From contig CAZIKT010000001.1 of assembly GCA_964539885.1 (NCBI GenBank), positions 143,292-207,291 on the forward strand: 64,000 bases of DNA, read 5' to 3'. The position numbers and the translations under genes are program-made. The notes beneath the pieces were generated by a model that worked only from the letters and a program-made list of their open reading frames with translations, was not told the origin of the DNA and made no database searches. The DNA comes from an uncultured Ardenticatenaceae bacterium. GTDB taxonomy: Bacteria > Chloroflexota > Anaerolineae > Promineifilales > Promineifilaceae. This document shows, in pieces, positions 37,201-47,000 of this stretch (within the stretch, counting starts at the first letter, position 1; each line of letters starts with the position of its first letter).

Positions 37201-38097
37201 CTGGCAACCGATGGCGAATTGCGCCGTGAAACCCGCGGCTCGTTCAGCGTCGAGGCCGGCGAGGAGACCGTCGTCCCTGGCGTGCCGGATGACTTCATTG
37301 AGACGCATTGCCCGGCTGCGCCGAATTCTGACAACGACCTCGACCAGCTCTCTTGCGCCGATGAGTACTATGTCGGCACCGATCCCAACAACTCAGACAC
37401 CGACGGCGGCGGCGAAAACGATGGATCGGAAGTGAACATGGGCCAGGACCCGCTGGACCCGAGCGACGACCTGATCGTCGCGCCGGAGTACTTGAAGACT
37501 ACCAATCAGAACAGTTCTGTACTTGTCGAATACGACGTGCAGCCGGAATATGAACAGATCGCGCTTTATCGTGCAAACAGCGCGGACGGCCCGTACTCGC
37601 TGCTGGTAAGCGAGCTTCCGCTCGACGGCTCATACGACGATGACAGCGCCAACAATGGCGAGAGCTACTGGTACAGGATGGTTGGGCGTGACTCCGATGG
37701 TCATTGGAGCGCAATTCCGACCAGCACGGAAGCGAACCCCAGCGAGGATCCTTATCCGCCGGAAGCGCAGGTGCTGATCAACGGCGGCGCCCCTTCGACC
37801 AACTCGCGAAACGTGGTCCTCTCGTTCATTCCTTATGAGGACACCATGGAGGAGCTGGCGGAGGTTTTCGACGACATCGTTGAGATGAAGATCAGCAACG
37901 ATCCCAGCTTCGCCGGCGCGGATTGGCAGCCTTTTGAGCAGGACGTGCCCTGGGTGCTGCCCAATACGCCGGGAATGGTCTCCGTCTACGTCATGTTCCG
38001 CGACGATTTCGGGAACGAATCGATCGGTCCAGCGGTGGGGATGATCCTGTACAATCCGGATCTGCTCTTCCTGCCGATCATGCTTCGACAGCCGTAG
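34261..38097 (+). CDS. large secreted multidomain protein: zincin-like HEXXH region, vWA domain, thrombospondin-type-3-like Asp-rich repeat, Ig/FN3-like modules
   Basis: Signal peptide ending KSEA; RBS AAAGGAGG. HELFH at 34804-34818. vWA MIDAS-like DVSYSM at about 36004-36021. DPNNSDTDGGGENDGSEVNMGQDPLDPSDD near 37380-37470. Confidence 0.8.
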   Translation: MFRHSRTLFLRLLIIVAAAFLLAQLPGKSEAVSPAVADHEISLLMVASSVAGAPLQQTEGANPAVPTACPLNNPPYTAGLEIIERTDFCLYYEEGVTSDYANGILSAADAIIAADHVEDYWDRYAVDFGFEEPFILAPNTKLEVLVEGGGSCNGATNSTWNYMYSYTECYGNAESIQKVLGHELFHRVQYSYDGSEVKWFKEGTARAMEDLAFTNIDNWATTLTAVSSSFNKQVNTYLSGTTANEDITSDNQRYNSALWWKYFTEQYGSTPGEPQLGVGAFLALWEAAETSDDLAALNSALAALGASDNFNDAFRQFAVANWTKDLTGVPDDSYNYADEDQVGNGAPYGPLVPTNGGTITTATTAVWNNQWVDRYGLRYYQATPGADCPAISATFHQDEGPDAFYHVITQIGSAFQTHVEGSGTDWTQNFLNNGITKVVAIIGGQDSDATIDIEIGCVDPVIDIEIPNQLAPAYVGNSGSPDDIIIQVSVTDGSPTGPVVGGIANSDFKVEIGGDPALVVGGGFVQEEYFLRVDTPTQGANGPYDLEVFLEEPGTTTVIASDTETDAVVYDNTNIDHIIITDVSYSMNDDGKLIAAADAAHLYIDVSNSSDGLGLVSFSTDVEDFLDVEFGTLGHRNDAHDQVDSYVPTLATSIGDGLDKAVDLLNASPTGNTRCQFTLLSDGMENRDLYWADVEGDVKDTDCPVMTVAFGEASNELLMQEIATETGGASYYNDVYVSNQDGGGGIDQTELELGNSYMHAFCEGRGCERLYSVQGEIGYAEPISHSFSVDSSVLDLTVVLDWYPSYVIPLEGETPMSVYLQSPSGVTYTPQSPEYFYDGSAGFAGYRIDNANIESGEWSVVVLSFFDDNDKPYQVMAFGRTPVTADLLLPAGFLATGQYFPLYAIWRPGGQVMVRVTAMDGTANTMFLHDDGQHGDGRAGDGFFAGLYTLVNQAEIVQPVDEQGVPSPPALDEGAYRVDMLATDGELRRETRGSFSVEAGEETVVPGVPDDFIETHCPAAPNSDNDLDQLSCADEYYVGTDPNNSDTDGGGENDGSEVNMGQDPLDPSDDLIVAPEYLKTTNQNSSVLVEYDVQPEYEQIALYRANSADGPYSLLVSELPLDGSYDDDSANNGESYWYRMVGRDSDGHWSAIPTSTEANPSEDPYPPEAQVLINGGAPSTNSRNVVLSFIPYEDTMEELAEVFDDIVEMKISNDPSFAGADWQPFEQDVPWVLPNTPGMVSVYVMFRDDFGNESIGPAVGMILYNPDLLFLPIMLRQP

Positions 38098-38151
38098 CTG
38101 ATCGGCTGAGCAGACCGCGGTTGATCCGTTTCGGCGCGGCCGCATGATTGA

Positions 38152-38212
38152 CTGCCGCCCGCTGTCAGGCTCTCATCAACGAGCCGGCAGCGGCGCGGCA
38201 GTCATTGTTTTG
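38152..38212 (+). terminator. candidate intrinsic terminator after the large secreted protein gene
   Basis: GC-rich imperfect stem CTGCCGCCCGCTG / CAGCGGCGCGGCAG (one bulge), followed by TCATTGTTTTG. Confidence 0.35.
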
Positions 38213-38260
38213 CGGGTCCGGCCAACGCGAACCGCCTATTTGCTGCAGAAAGGCCGGATC

Positions 38261-39910
38261 TCAGACGCCCGCCGCCTCGAAAGCGTCGCTGACGATCTCC
38301 CGCGCCTCCTCCTGTATCCGTCGCAGATGGGCCTCACCCCGAAAGCTCTCCGCGTAAATCTTGTAGACGGCCTCCGTGCCGGATGGCCGGGCGGCAAACC
38401 AGCCGTTCTCGGTGGTAATTTTCAGCCCGCCAATAGCGGCCCCATTTGCCGGGGCGTGGCTGAGCTTGGCCAGGACAGGCTCTCCAGCCAGCGTGTGGGC
38501 GCGGATCAGGTCCGGCGACAGCGAGGCCAAAGCGCTCTTCTGCGCCGCTGTTGCCGGCGCGTCTGCTCGCTCGTATACGGGCGCGCCGAACATCGCGGTC
38601 AGCGACTGGTAGTGCTCGCCAGGGTCGCGGCCCGTGCGGGCCATAATCTCGGCCGCCAACAAGTCCATGATGATACCGTCCTTGTCCGTCGTCCATACCC
38701 GCCCGTCCCGGCGTAAGAACGACGCTCCGGCGCTCTCTTCACCGCCGAAGCCAAAGGAGCCGTCAATCAGCCCGTCGACGAACCACTTGAACCCGACCGG
38801 CACCTCAGCCAGTCTGCGCCCTAGGTGGGCCGCCACGCGGTCGATGATGGCGCTGGAGACAAGGGTCTTGCCTACTGCCGCGTCGGGTCGCCACTGGGGC
38901 CGATGTTGAAAAAGGTACCAGATAGCCACAGCCAGATAATGGTTGGGGTTCAGCAAGCCGCTGCTGCGCGTGACAATGCCATGCCGGTCGTAGTCCGGAT
39001 CGTTGCCGAATGCGACGTCAAATCTGTCCTTCAGGCGGATCAAAGAGGCCATCGCGTATGGCGACGAACAGTCCATACGGATTTTGCCGTCGCGGTCAAC
39101 GGTCATGAATGAGAAGGTGGGATCGGTCGCCTCGTTGACCAGCCGCAGGTCCAGCCGGTAGCGCTCGGCTATTGGCGCCCAATACTCTATTCCCGCGCCG
39201 CCCATCGGATCAACCCCGATGGTCAGCCCGGCATTAGCCACAGCATCCATGTCCAATACATCAGCCAGGTCGTTAACGTAGGGCGTCACGAAGTCATGGG
39301 CATGGACACAGTCAGCCTGAAACGCACGGGCCAACGGCATGCGCCTAACCCCTTGCAGCCTGCCTTCGAGAAGCTGGTTGGCCTCGGCGGCGATGCGGGA
39401 GGTAATCTCCGTCCCGGCCGGCCCGCCGGAAGGCGGATTGTATTTAATCCCGCCATCCTCGGGTGGGTTGTGAGATGGCGTAATGACAATGCCGTCCGCC
39501 AGTTGGTCGTGGTCCCGGTTGAAAGTCAGGATTGCATGGGAGATGGCCGGCGTAGGCGTGTAACCGCGCCCGGCCTGAATCATGACCTGCGCGTCGTTGG
39601 CCGCCAGAACCTCTACGACGGTATCCAGAGCCGGCTCCGATAGCGCATGGGTATCCATGCCGACATAAAGTGGCCCGCGGATGCCTTCCGCCCGGCGATA
39701 GTCGCAGATCGCCTGCACGATGGCGAGGATATGCGCCTCGTTGAAGCTGCCTGCCGTTGACGTGCCCCTATGACCAGATGTGCCGAATGCGACGCGCTGC
39801 GCCGGGTCAGCTGGATCAGGAGCATGTGTAAAGTAGGCGGACACGAGGCGGGGAACGTTGACGAGAAGACTTCGTGGCGCCGGCTTCCCGGCTAGTTCAT
39901 GAAGTGACAC
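38261..39910 (-). CDS. pgm: phosphoglucomutase (alpha-D-glucose phosphate-specific)
   Basis: Active-site [10 protein letters not shown], metal loop GVDPMGGAG-like region, GEESAG sugar-binding loop; 549 aa. Confidence 0.95.
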   Translation of the reverse strand: MSLHELAGKPAPRSLLVNVPRLVSAYFTHAPDPADPAQRVAFGTSGHRGTSTAGSFNEAHILAIVQAICDYRRAEGIRGPLYVGMDTHALSEPALDTVVEVLAANDAQVMIQAGRGYTPTPAISHAILTFNRDHDQLADGIVITPSHNPPEDGGIKYNPPSGGPAGTEITSRIAAEANQLLEGRLQGVRRMPLARAFQADCVHAHDFVTPYVNDLADVLDMDAVANAGLTIGVDPMGGAGIEYWAPIAERYRLDLRLVNEATDPTFSFMTVDRDGKIRMDCSSPYAMASLIRLKDRFDVAFGNDPDYDRHGIVTRSSGLLNPNHYLAVAIWYLFQHRPQWRPDAAVGKTLVSSAIIDRVAAHLGRRLAEVPVGFKWFVDGLIDGSFGFGGEESAGASFLRRDGRVWTTDKDGIIMDLLAAEIMARTGRDPGEHYQSLTAMFGAPVYERADAPATAAQKSALASLSPDLIRAHTLAGEPVLAKLSHAPANGAAIGGLKITTENGWFAARPSGTEAVYKIYAESFRGEAHLRRIQEEAREIVSDAFEAAGV

Positions 39911-40315
39911 CTGTTACTCCTGGCTGTCCCGGCATACGGGTCGTATGGTTGAGCGGATGTCGGCACTCCGCTGCGCGGTCGTTGAGCGCCGCTTTTAAGC
40001 CAGTATAAACGCAGACCGGCGAAGCGCAAGCAACAGGAGCGGAAGGTTTGCCCGCGCTGGTTGGGATTCCCTGCCGGAGTCGGCTATAATCGCTGAGCTT
40101 GGCATGACTTTTGTCGAAGTCAAACGTGCCTTCTGTCACTGCCTGCAAAGTGACATCGAACATACAATGAGTTGTCGGGCGGCACATTCTGTGCTGCATC
40201 AGATATAACAGGCCATCTACATACAAAAACTAGGCTAAAGCGGATCGACGTGCCGCTATCTGGCGACACAGATGCGACGTCGTGCAGGCAAGTCGCTCAC
40301 GCCGGGAGGAAAACA

Positions 40316-43090
40316 ATGGATTCAGTAGTTAGTGGGACAAAGGAGCAGGCTTCATGGAACGGGAAACCGGCCCAGGAGAAGTGGGTCTTCCTCTTCAATG
40401 AAGTGGAAATTGCGGAGGAGATAGTCGGCGGCAAGTGGGGCGATGTACGCGGCTTGCTGGGCGGCAAGGGCGCCAATCTGGCCGATATGACGCGAGTCGG
40501 TGTGCCGGTGCCGCCGGGTTTTACGGTGACCACGCGCGCCTGTAATGCTTACCTGGCCAATAATTCGCAGTTCCCGGACGGTATGTGGCAGGAAGTGCTG
40601 GATGCTATCTCTGCTATCGAGAAGCAAGTTGGAAGGAAGTTCGGCGACCCACAGAACCCCTTGCTTGTTTCCTGTCGCTCCGGCGCTAAATTCTCGATGC
40701 CGGGCATGATGGATACTGTCCTGAACATCGGCTTGAATGACGAGGTTGTTGCCGGCATGATCGCTCGCGGCGCTGATGCGCGCTTCGTTTATGATCTGTA
40801 CCGCCGGCTGGTGCAGATGTTCGGCAGCGTCGTGTTGAACGTGCCCGATGAAGTCTTCGAAGAGGTGATTACCGAGCGCCGTGCTCACGCCGGTGTGACC
40901 ACGGACACAGAACTGAGCGCTGCCGACTGGCGAGAAGTCACCGGCCGATTCAAAGAGATTACCCGCGTCTACGCGCGCACGGAGTTCCCGACCGACCCAT
41001 TCGAACAGTTGCGACTCGCGACCGAAGCAGTGTTCAAGTCCTGGAACGGTAAGCGGGCCATTGATTACCGCAACGCCGCCGGCATTGCCCACGATCTGGG
41101 CACAGCGGTAAACATTCAAACGATGGTATTCGGCAATCTGGGCCGCAACTCCGGCACCGGCGTGGCCATGTCCCGCAACGCTTCCACGGGAGAGCAGGAG
41201 CTTGAAGGCGACTACTTGCTCAACGCGCAGGGCGAGGACGTGGTGGCCGGCATTCGCTTGACCAATCCAATGAGCCAGCTGAAGGAAGAAATGCCGGTTC
41301 TCTACGCGGAGTTTGAGGAAATCGCCAAGAAGCTGGAGCGCCACTACCGCAATATGCAGGACCTGGAGTTTACGATTGAGGATGGTAAGCTCTGGTTGCT
41401 GCAGACACGCGACGGCAAGCGCACGGCGCAAGCCGAAGTGCGCATTGCGGTCGACATGGTCGAAGAAGGCTTGATCACCCCGCGGGAAGCCGTGGCCCGG
41501 GTGAAGCCTGAGCAGGTCGATTTCTTTCTACATCCCCAGTTCGATGCCGAGGCTCGTAAACAGAACAAGCCGATTGCCACGGGCCTGAACGTCTCGCCAG
41601 GCGCGGCGGTAGGCGTCATAGCCTTTGACGCTGACACGGCGGAGCGCTGGGCGAAACAGGACGGCAGAGCGGTGATCATGGTCCGCCCGGAAACAAAGCC
41701 GGACGATGTGCACGGCATGCTGGCCGCCAAAGGCATATTGACCAGCCGCGGTGGGCGCACCAGCCACGCCGCCCTGGTGGCCCGGCAGTTCGGTATCCCG
41801 GCAGTTGTCGGCGTCGGCGAGCTGGATATCGACATGGATAACCGGCGCATGAGTCTCGACGGTCAGCAGGTCATCAAGGAGGGAGAGTGGATCTCCATTG
41901 ACGGCACTGAGGGTCTGGTTTACTATGGCCAGTTGCCGACCGTTGTTCCTGACCTCAAGAACCCATATCTGATCAAACTCCTCAGCTGGGCGGATGACAT
42001 TCGAAAGCTGGGCGTCTGGGCCAATGCCGACTATCCCCGCGATGCGCAGCGTGCTCGCGAATATGGCGCTCAGGGAATTGGTCTCTGCCGCACCGAGCAC
42101 ATGTTCTTTGAAAACGAAAGATTGCCCACCGTGCAACACATGATCATGGCCAAGAACGTCACCGAGCGGAATGAGGCCATCAAGAGACTGCTGCCACTGC
42201 AGCGCGCAGACTTCGAAGGCATCTTCCGCGCCATGGACGGATTGCCGGTGATTATCCGGCTGATCGACCCACCGCTTCACGAGTTTTTGCCCGCTTACGA
42301 TGAGCTGATTCAGGAACTGGCTGATCTCAAGCTGAGCGTGCAGCATCTGACTTCCATGAGCGAAATGGACAGGGTGCTCTCAGAAATCCGCGTCAAACAG
42401 GACTATCTGGAGCGCGTGCGGACGTTGCGCGAATTGAACCCAATGCTTGGGACGCGCGGCGTGCGCCTGGGCATCATCATTCCCGAACTCACCAAGATGC
42501 AGGTACGGGCGATTTTCGAGGCGGCCTGCAACGTCACCCGAGAAGGAGTGTCGGTGCTGCCGGAGGTAATGATCCCGCTCACCTTCCACGTGAATGAGTT
42601 GCGTGTGCAGCAGACCGCTCTGGAAGATGAAGCGAAACAGGTAATGGAGGAGCAGGGCATCACCATCAACTACAAGTTCGGCACGATGATCGAGATCCCG
42701 CGCGCGGCCATCACTGCCGGCGAAATGGCCGAGTATGCCGAGTTCTTCTCGTTCGGCACCAACGATCTGACCCAGACCGCTTTCGGCGTTTCGCGAGATG
42801 ATGCGGAAGCCGGCTTCCTGGTGCACTACATTCAGGAAGGCATTCTGCCGGATAATCCGTTCGCTACGATTGATCCTGCCGGCGTCGGCAAGCTGATGGA
42901 GTGGGCTGTCACTGAGGGCCGCAAGGTGAGGCCTGACCTGGAGGTCGGCATTTGCGGTGAGCACGGCGGCGATCCCAAGAGCATCGCCCTCTGCCACAAG
43001 CTGGGGCTGAACTACGTCTCTTGCTCGCCCTTCCGTGTGCCCATTGCCCGGCTGGCGGCGGCACACGCTGTTCTGAAAGAAGGCGGTTGA
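40316..43090 (+). CDS. ppdK: pyruvate, phosphate dikinase
   Basis: KWVFLFNE...LLGGKGANLADMTRVGVPVPPGFTVTTRAC N-terminus, phospho-His loop GGRTSHAALVARQFG, C-terminal CGEHGGDP...VSCSPFRVPIARLAAA. The ATG at 40316 has a GGGAGGA RBS. The ORF is listed from 40172. Confidence 0.95.
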   Translation: MDSVVSGTKEQASWNGKPAQEKWVFLFNEVEIAEEIVGGKWGDVRGLLGGKGANLADMTRVGVPVPPGFTVTTRACNAYLANNSQFPDGMWQEVLDAISAIEKQVGRKFGDPQNPLLVSCRSGAKFSMPGMMDTVLNIGLNDEVVAGMIARGADARFVYDLYRRLVQMFGSVVLNVPDEVFEEVITERRAHAGVTTDTELSAADWREVTGRFKEITRVYARTEFPTDPFEQLRLATEAVFKSWNGKRAIDYRNAAGIAHDLGTAVNIQTMVFGNLGRNSGTGVAMSRNASTGEQELEGDYLLNAQGEDVVAGIRLTNPMSQLKEEMPVLYAEFEEIAKKLERHYRNMQDLEFTIEDGKLWLLQTRDGKRTAQAEVRIAVDMVEEGLITPREAVARVKPEQVDFFLHPQFDAEARKQNKPIATGLNVSPGAAVGVIAFDADTAERWAKQDGRAVIMVRPETKPDDVHGMLAAKGILTSRGGRTSHAALVARQFGIPAVVGVGELDIDMDNRRMSLDGQQVIKEGEWISIDGTEGLVYYGQLPTVVPDLKNPYLIKLLSWADDIRKLGVWANADYPRDAQRAREYGAQGIGLCRTEHMFFENERLPTVQHMIMAKNVTERNEAIKRLLPLQRADFEGIFRAMDGLPVIIRLIDPPLHEFLPAYDELIQELADLKLSVQHLTSMSEMDRVLSEIRVKQDYLERVRTLRELNPMLGTRGVRLGIIIPELTKMQVRAIFEAACNVTREGVSVLPEVMIPLTFHVNELRVQQTALEDEAKQVMEEQGITINYKFGTMIEIPRAAITAGEMAEYAEFFSFGTNDLTQTAFGVSRDDAEAGFLVHYIQEGILPDNPFATIDPAGVGKLMEWAVTEGRKVRPDLEVGICGEHGGDPKSIALCHKLGLNYVSCSPFRVPIARLAAAHAVLKEGG

Positions 43091-43120
43091 ACGCCTCGCG
43101 TTTAGCTAGATAGTAAACGA

Positions 43121-43152
43121 AAAAGGGGCCGACAGATCAGTCGGCCCCTTTT
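43121..43152. terminator. bidirectional intrinsic terminator between ppdK and the convergent small ORF
   Basis: AAAA-GGGGCCGAC-AGATCA-GTCGGCCCC-TTTT: a 9-bp GC stem and 6-nt loop, flanked by A- and T-runs. Confidence 0.7.
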
Positions 43153-43280
43153 GCCTCCACGCTCGCTGTGAGGCGGGTTGACGATGAGTCTGAACTGGCT
43201 GCCGTCTCCTTTGTGTCGTTGGCAACCGACAAACGGCCCGCAGACTCACCTATCCGGCCGGGCCAGCCGGGCAAGGGTCA

Positions 43281-43616
43281 TTAACCGCTGGCTTCCTCAG
43301 TGGGTGGATTGTAAGGCGCCATCCTAATTTCGTGCCACCGCTCCATCGCGCCGGTCCGGAAGAGGGCCGGGTCAAAGTCGGCCAGGACCTCCCAACCTTC
43401 GATAGCGGCCAGTTCCCGCTCCTCGTCGGACAACTCTACTTCGAGTACCCGGCCATCGGTGAACATCTCCAATGTCAGCAGATCGCTTCCATCGTCCACA
43501 ACGTCAATGATGCAATGCCGGTCGACGCCCTCGGGGTGCCGAATGAGCGCGGCGGAACAGCGCTGGCAGAAAGCCAGATTCGCGTCGCATAACCGGCGAT
43601 CAATGATAACTCTCAT
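43281..43616 (-). CDS. small hypothetical protein with an N-terminal Cys cluster (ferredoxin-like start?)
   Basis: MRVIIDRRLCDANLAFCQRC...C35: a CX6CX2C...C pattern after a beta-strand-like MRVIID start. No family recognised with confidence. Confidence 0.5.
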   Translation of the reverse strand: MRVIIDRRLCDANLAFCQRCSAALIRHPEGVDRHCIIDVVDDGSDLLTLEMFTDGRVLEVELSDEERELAAIEGWEVLADFDPALFRTGAMERWHEIRMAPYNPPTEEASG

Positions 43617-44032
43617 GGCAACCTCCTAAACAGCGCCTGCTATTACCACATCTACGCCTGAGGTACTCTGAAACCAACGCCTCAGGTTCCACGGCATACC
43701 ACTATGTACCCAATTATAGGTAAAGCATATCCGCGCCGCAGCGACATCTGTCACCAACTGTCGGTGACAACTGTCATAGAGAGCAGAATCCGTCTGTCTT
43801 GCCCGGACTCTTAACATCCAGCGCGATCGGCGCTGAACCCAGGCGATTTCAACCCACTTCCTGAACTGACATTGGCCGGCCGTCGAATGACAATCATCAT
43901 CGGCATTGGTGTATTCTGTCACTGCCCCCCGTCAAGAGCCGGCAAGTACAATAGCGACGTAGGCTTGAATGGGCCCATCGCTGGGATGCCAAGAGGCCTG
44001 CACCGGAAACAATGCAGCAAGGAGCGGGAATA

Positions 44033-47000
44033 ATGCCCAAGCAAATAGCTACGCTAGACGGCAACGAAGCCACAGCGCGTGTGGCGCACAAGGTAAGTGA
44101 AGTAATTGCCATATATCCTATTACCCCGTCCTCGTTGATGGGCGAAATCGCCGATGAGCTGTCGGCGAACGGGGAGACCAACATCTGGGGTGCTGTGCCG
44201 CAGGTTGTCGAAATGCAATCGGAAGGGGGCGCTGCCGGCGCTGTGCACGGCGCATTGCAGACCGGCGCACTGACCACCACCTTCACGGCATCGCAGGGTC
44301 TGCTTTTGATGATCCCAAATATGTACAAGATTGCGGGTGAACTGACCGCTGCTGTGTTCCATGTGGCTGCCCGTTCGCTCGCCGCCCAGGGCTTATCAAT
44401 TTTCGGCGACCATTCCGACGTGATGGCGGCGCGAAATACCGGCTTCGGGTTCCTGGCGGCCAATAGCGTTCAAGAGGCGCATGATTTGGCGCTCATAGCG
44501 ACCGCCGCCACGCTGGAAGCCAGAATACCCTTCGTCCATTTCTTCGATGGCTTCCGCACCTCACATGAGGTCAACAAGATTGAGCTGCTGGACGATGAGA
44601 CCATCCGTGCGATGATCAATGAGGAGCTGGTGCGGGCACATCGCGCCCGCGGACTGACGCCGGACGCGCCGGTCATGCGCGGCACCGCCCAGAATCCAGA
44701 CGTCTACTTCCAGGGCCGCGAAACCGTCAATCCCTTCTACCTGGCCTGCCCCGGCGCCGTACAACGGACGATGGACCGATTTGCCGCGCTAACGGGACGG
44801 CAATACCGGCTGTTCGACTATGTTGGCGCTCCGGACGCGGAACGGGTGATCGTGATCATGGGTTCCGGCGCTGAAACGGCGGAAGAGACCGCACTATTCC
44901 TCGCCGAGCGGGGAGAAAAGGTCGGCGTGCTGAAAGTGCGCCTGTATCGCCCGTTCGATGTCGAGGCTTTCGTCGCGGCTCTACCACGGAGCGTGCGGTC
45001 AATTGCCGTCCTGGACCGCACAAAGGAGCCGGGCGCGACCGGCGAACCGCTCTATCTCGATGTTGTGTCAGCCCTGATGGAAGCGGAAGTGGGCGACCTG
45101 CCTGAGATCGGGCTGCCGCGCGTCATCGGCGGTCGCTACGGCCTCTCTTCCAAGGAGTTCACGCCCGGTATGGCGAAGGCCGTCTTTGATGAATTGAGCG
45201 GAGAAAAGCCGAAGAAGCACTTCACCATCGGTATATACGACGACGTAACGAACACCAGCCTGCCCTGGGAGGAGGACTTCAACATCGAGCCGGATGAAGT
45301 GGTGCGGGCGGTATTCTATGGTCTGGGCGCTGACGGCACGGTTGGCGCGAACAAGAACTCGATCAAGATCATCGGCGAGGACACCGATAACTACGCCCAG
45401 GGTTACTTTGTCTACGACTCCAAGAAATCCGGGGCGGTCACAGTGTCCCACCTGCGCTTTGGGCCAAGACCGATCCGGCTGACAAACCTCATTCAAGCCG
45501 CCGGCTTTGTCGCCTGCCACCAGTTCAATTTCCTTGAACGGTATGAGGTCCTGGACCTGGCCGCCCCCGGAGCAACCTTTCTGCTCAACAGCCCATATGG
45601 CCCTGATGAGGTCTGGAATCACCTTCCCCGCTCCGTTCAGGAGACAATAATCGAGAAGCGCTTGCGGTTCTATGTTGTGGACGGTTACCTCGTTGCGCGC
45701 GAGGCGAAGATGGGCCAGCGGATCAACACAATTATGCAGACCTGCTTCTTCGCTCTCAGCGGGGTTCTGCCAAAGGACGAAGCGATTGCCGCCATCAAAC
45801 ACGCGATCGAGAAAACCTATAGCAAGCGCGGCGAAGCTGTCGTGCAGGCCAACTTCGATGCTGTCGATGCCGCGCTGTCGCATCTGCACCAAGTAGCTGT
45901 CCCGGCCAGAGTGGACAGTGCTTTCGAACGCCCGCCAATCGTCTCCGAAAGGGCGCCGGAGTTTGTGCGCAAGGTGACTGCGCGGATGATGGAGAGACAG
46001 GGCGACCTGCTCCCGGTGAGCGCTATGCCCATTGACGGCACTTACCCCACCGCGACGACGCAATGGGAGAAGCGGAACATCGCCACCGAGATACCGGTAT
46101 GGGATCCCGAGGTCTGCATCCAATGCGGCAAGTGCGTGCTGGTCTGCCCGCACGCGGTGGTGCGCGAAAAGATCTACGATTCGGCGCTGTTGAACGGCGC
46201 GCCGGCGACGTTCAAGTCCACGCCGGCCCGTTTCAAGGAATTCAAGGATCAGGTATACACACTGCAAATATCGCCGGAAGATTGCACCGGCTGCAGTCTC
46301 TGTGTCGAAGTCTGCCCGGCTAAGAACAAGCGCCAGCCCAAGCTGAAGGCGATAAACATGGAGCCGATCCTCCCATTGCGCCAGGCGGAAGTGGAGAACT
46401 GGGAGTTCTTCGAGACGCTGCCGGAGATAGACCGCACCGCCATCCCGGTTGGTCAGGTCAAATACTCGCAGCTGCTCCGGCCGCTTTTCGAGTTTTCCGG
46501 CGCCTGCGCGGGTTGCGGCGAGACCCCATATCTGAGCTTACTGAGCCGGCTCTTCGGCGATCGCGCAATCATTGCCAACGCCACCGGCTGTTCCTCCATC
46601 TACGGCGGCAACCTGCCCACCACACCCTGGGCAAAAGACGCCAACGGGCGCGGGCCGGCCTGGTCAAACTCCTTGTTTGAAGACAACGCCGAATTTGGCC
46701 TAGGAATGCGCATCGCCCTCGATCAGCGATTGGAGGCGGCAACTGATGTTCTGCGCGCGCTTCGGGATGAAATTGGGTCCGAATTGGTGGACGCAGTCCT
46801 GTACGCCGAGCAACTGGATGAAGCCGGCATCGAGCGGCAACGCGCCCGGGTAGCCGACCTGAAGAATCGTCTGACCATGCTACTCGAGGTACATCCGCCG
46901 GAAATGACAGCCGACGAGGTTGCCGTTCATCATCAGCGGGTGGAGCAGCTGCTCAGCGTGGCGGATGTCTTCGTCAAGAAGTGCGTCTGGATCGTGGGCG

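Noticed and set aside
40352-41431. Long ORFs antisense to confidently identified genes: 359 aa opposite ppdK; also 41528..42346 and 42380..43066; 45068..46267 (399 aa) opposite nifJ; 34942..35874 opposite the large secreted protein gene; 30407..31291 opposite a cytochrome gene; 24172..24816; 56923..57819; 60015..61508; 54770..55537; 11142..11813; 20467..21015.
   Set aside because: They are typical high-GC shadow ORFs. They are Arg/Ala/Gly/Pro-rich, have no recognisable motifs, and lie fully inside genes whose sense-strand products carry strong family signatures.
43626-44463. ORFs 43626..43922 (98 aa) and 43897..44463 (188 aa) on the minus strand, upstream of and overlapping nifJ.
   Set aside because: They have no motifs and odd composition. 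One overlaps the conserved N-terminus of PFOR in antisense. The region is better explained as the nifJ promoter and leader.
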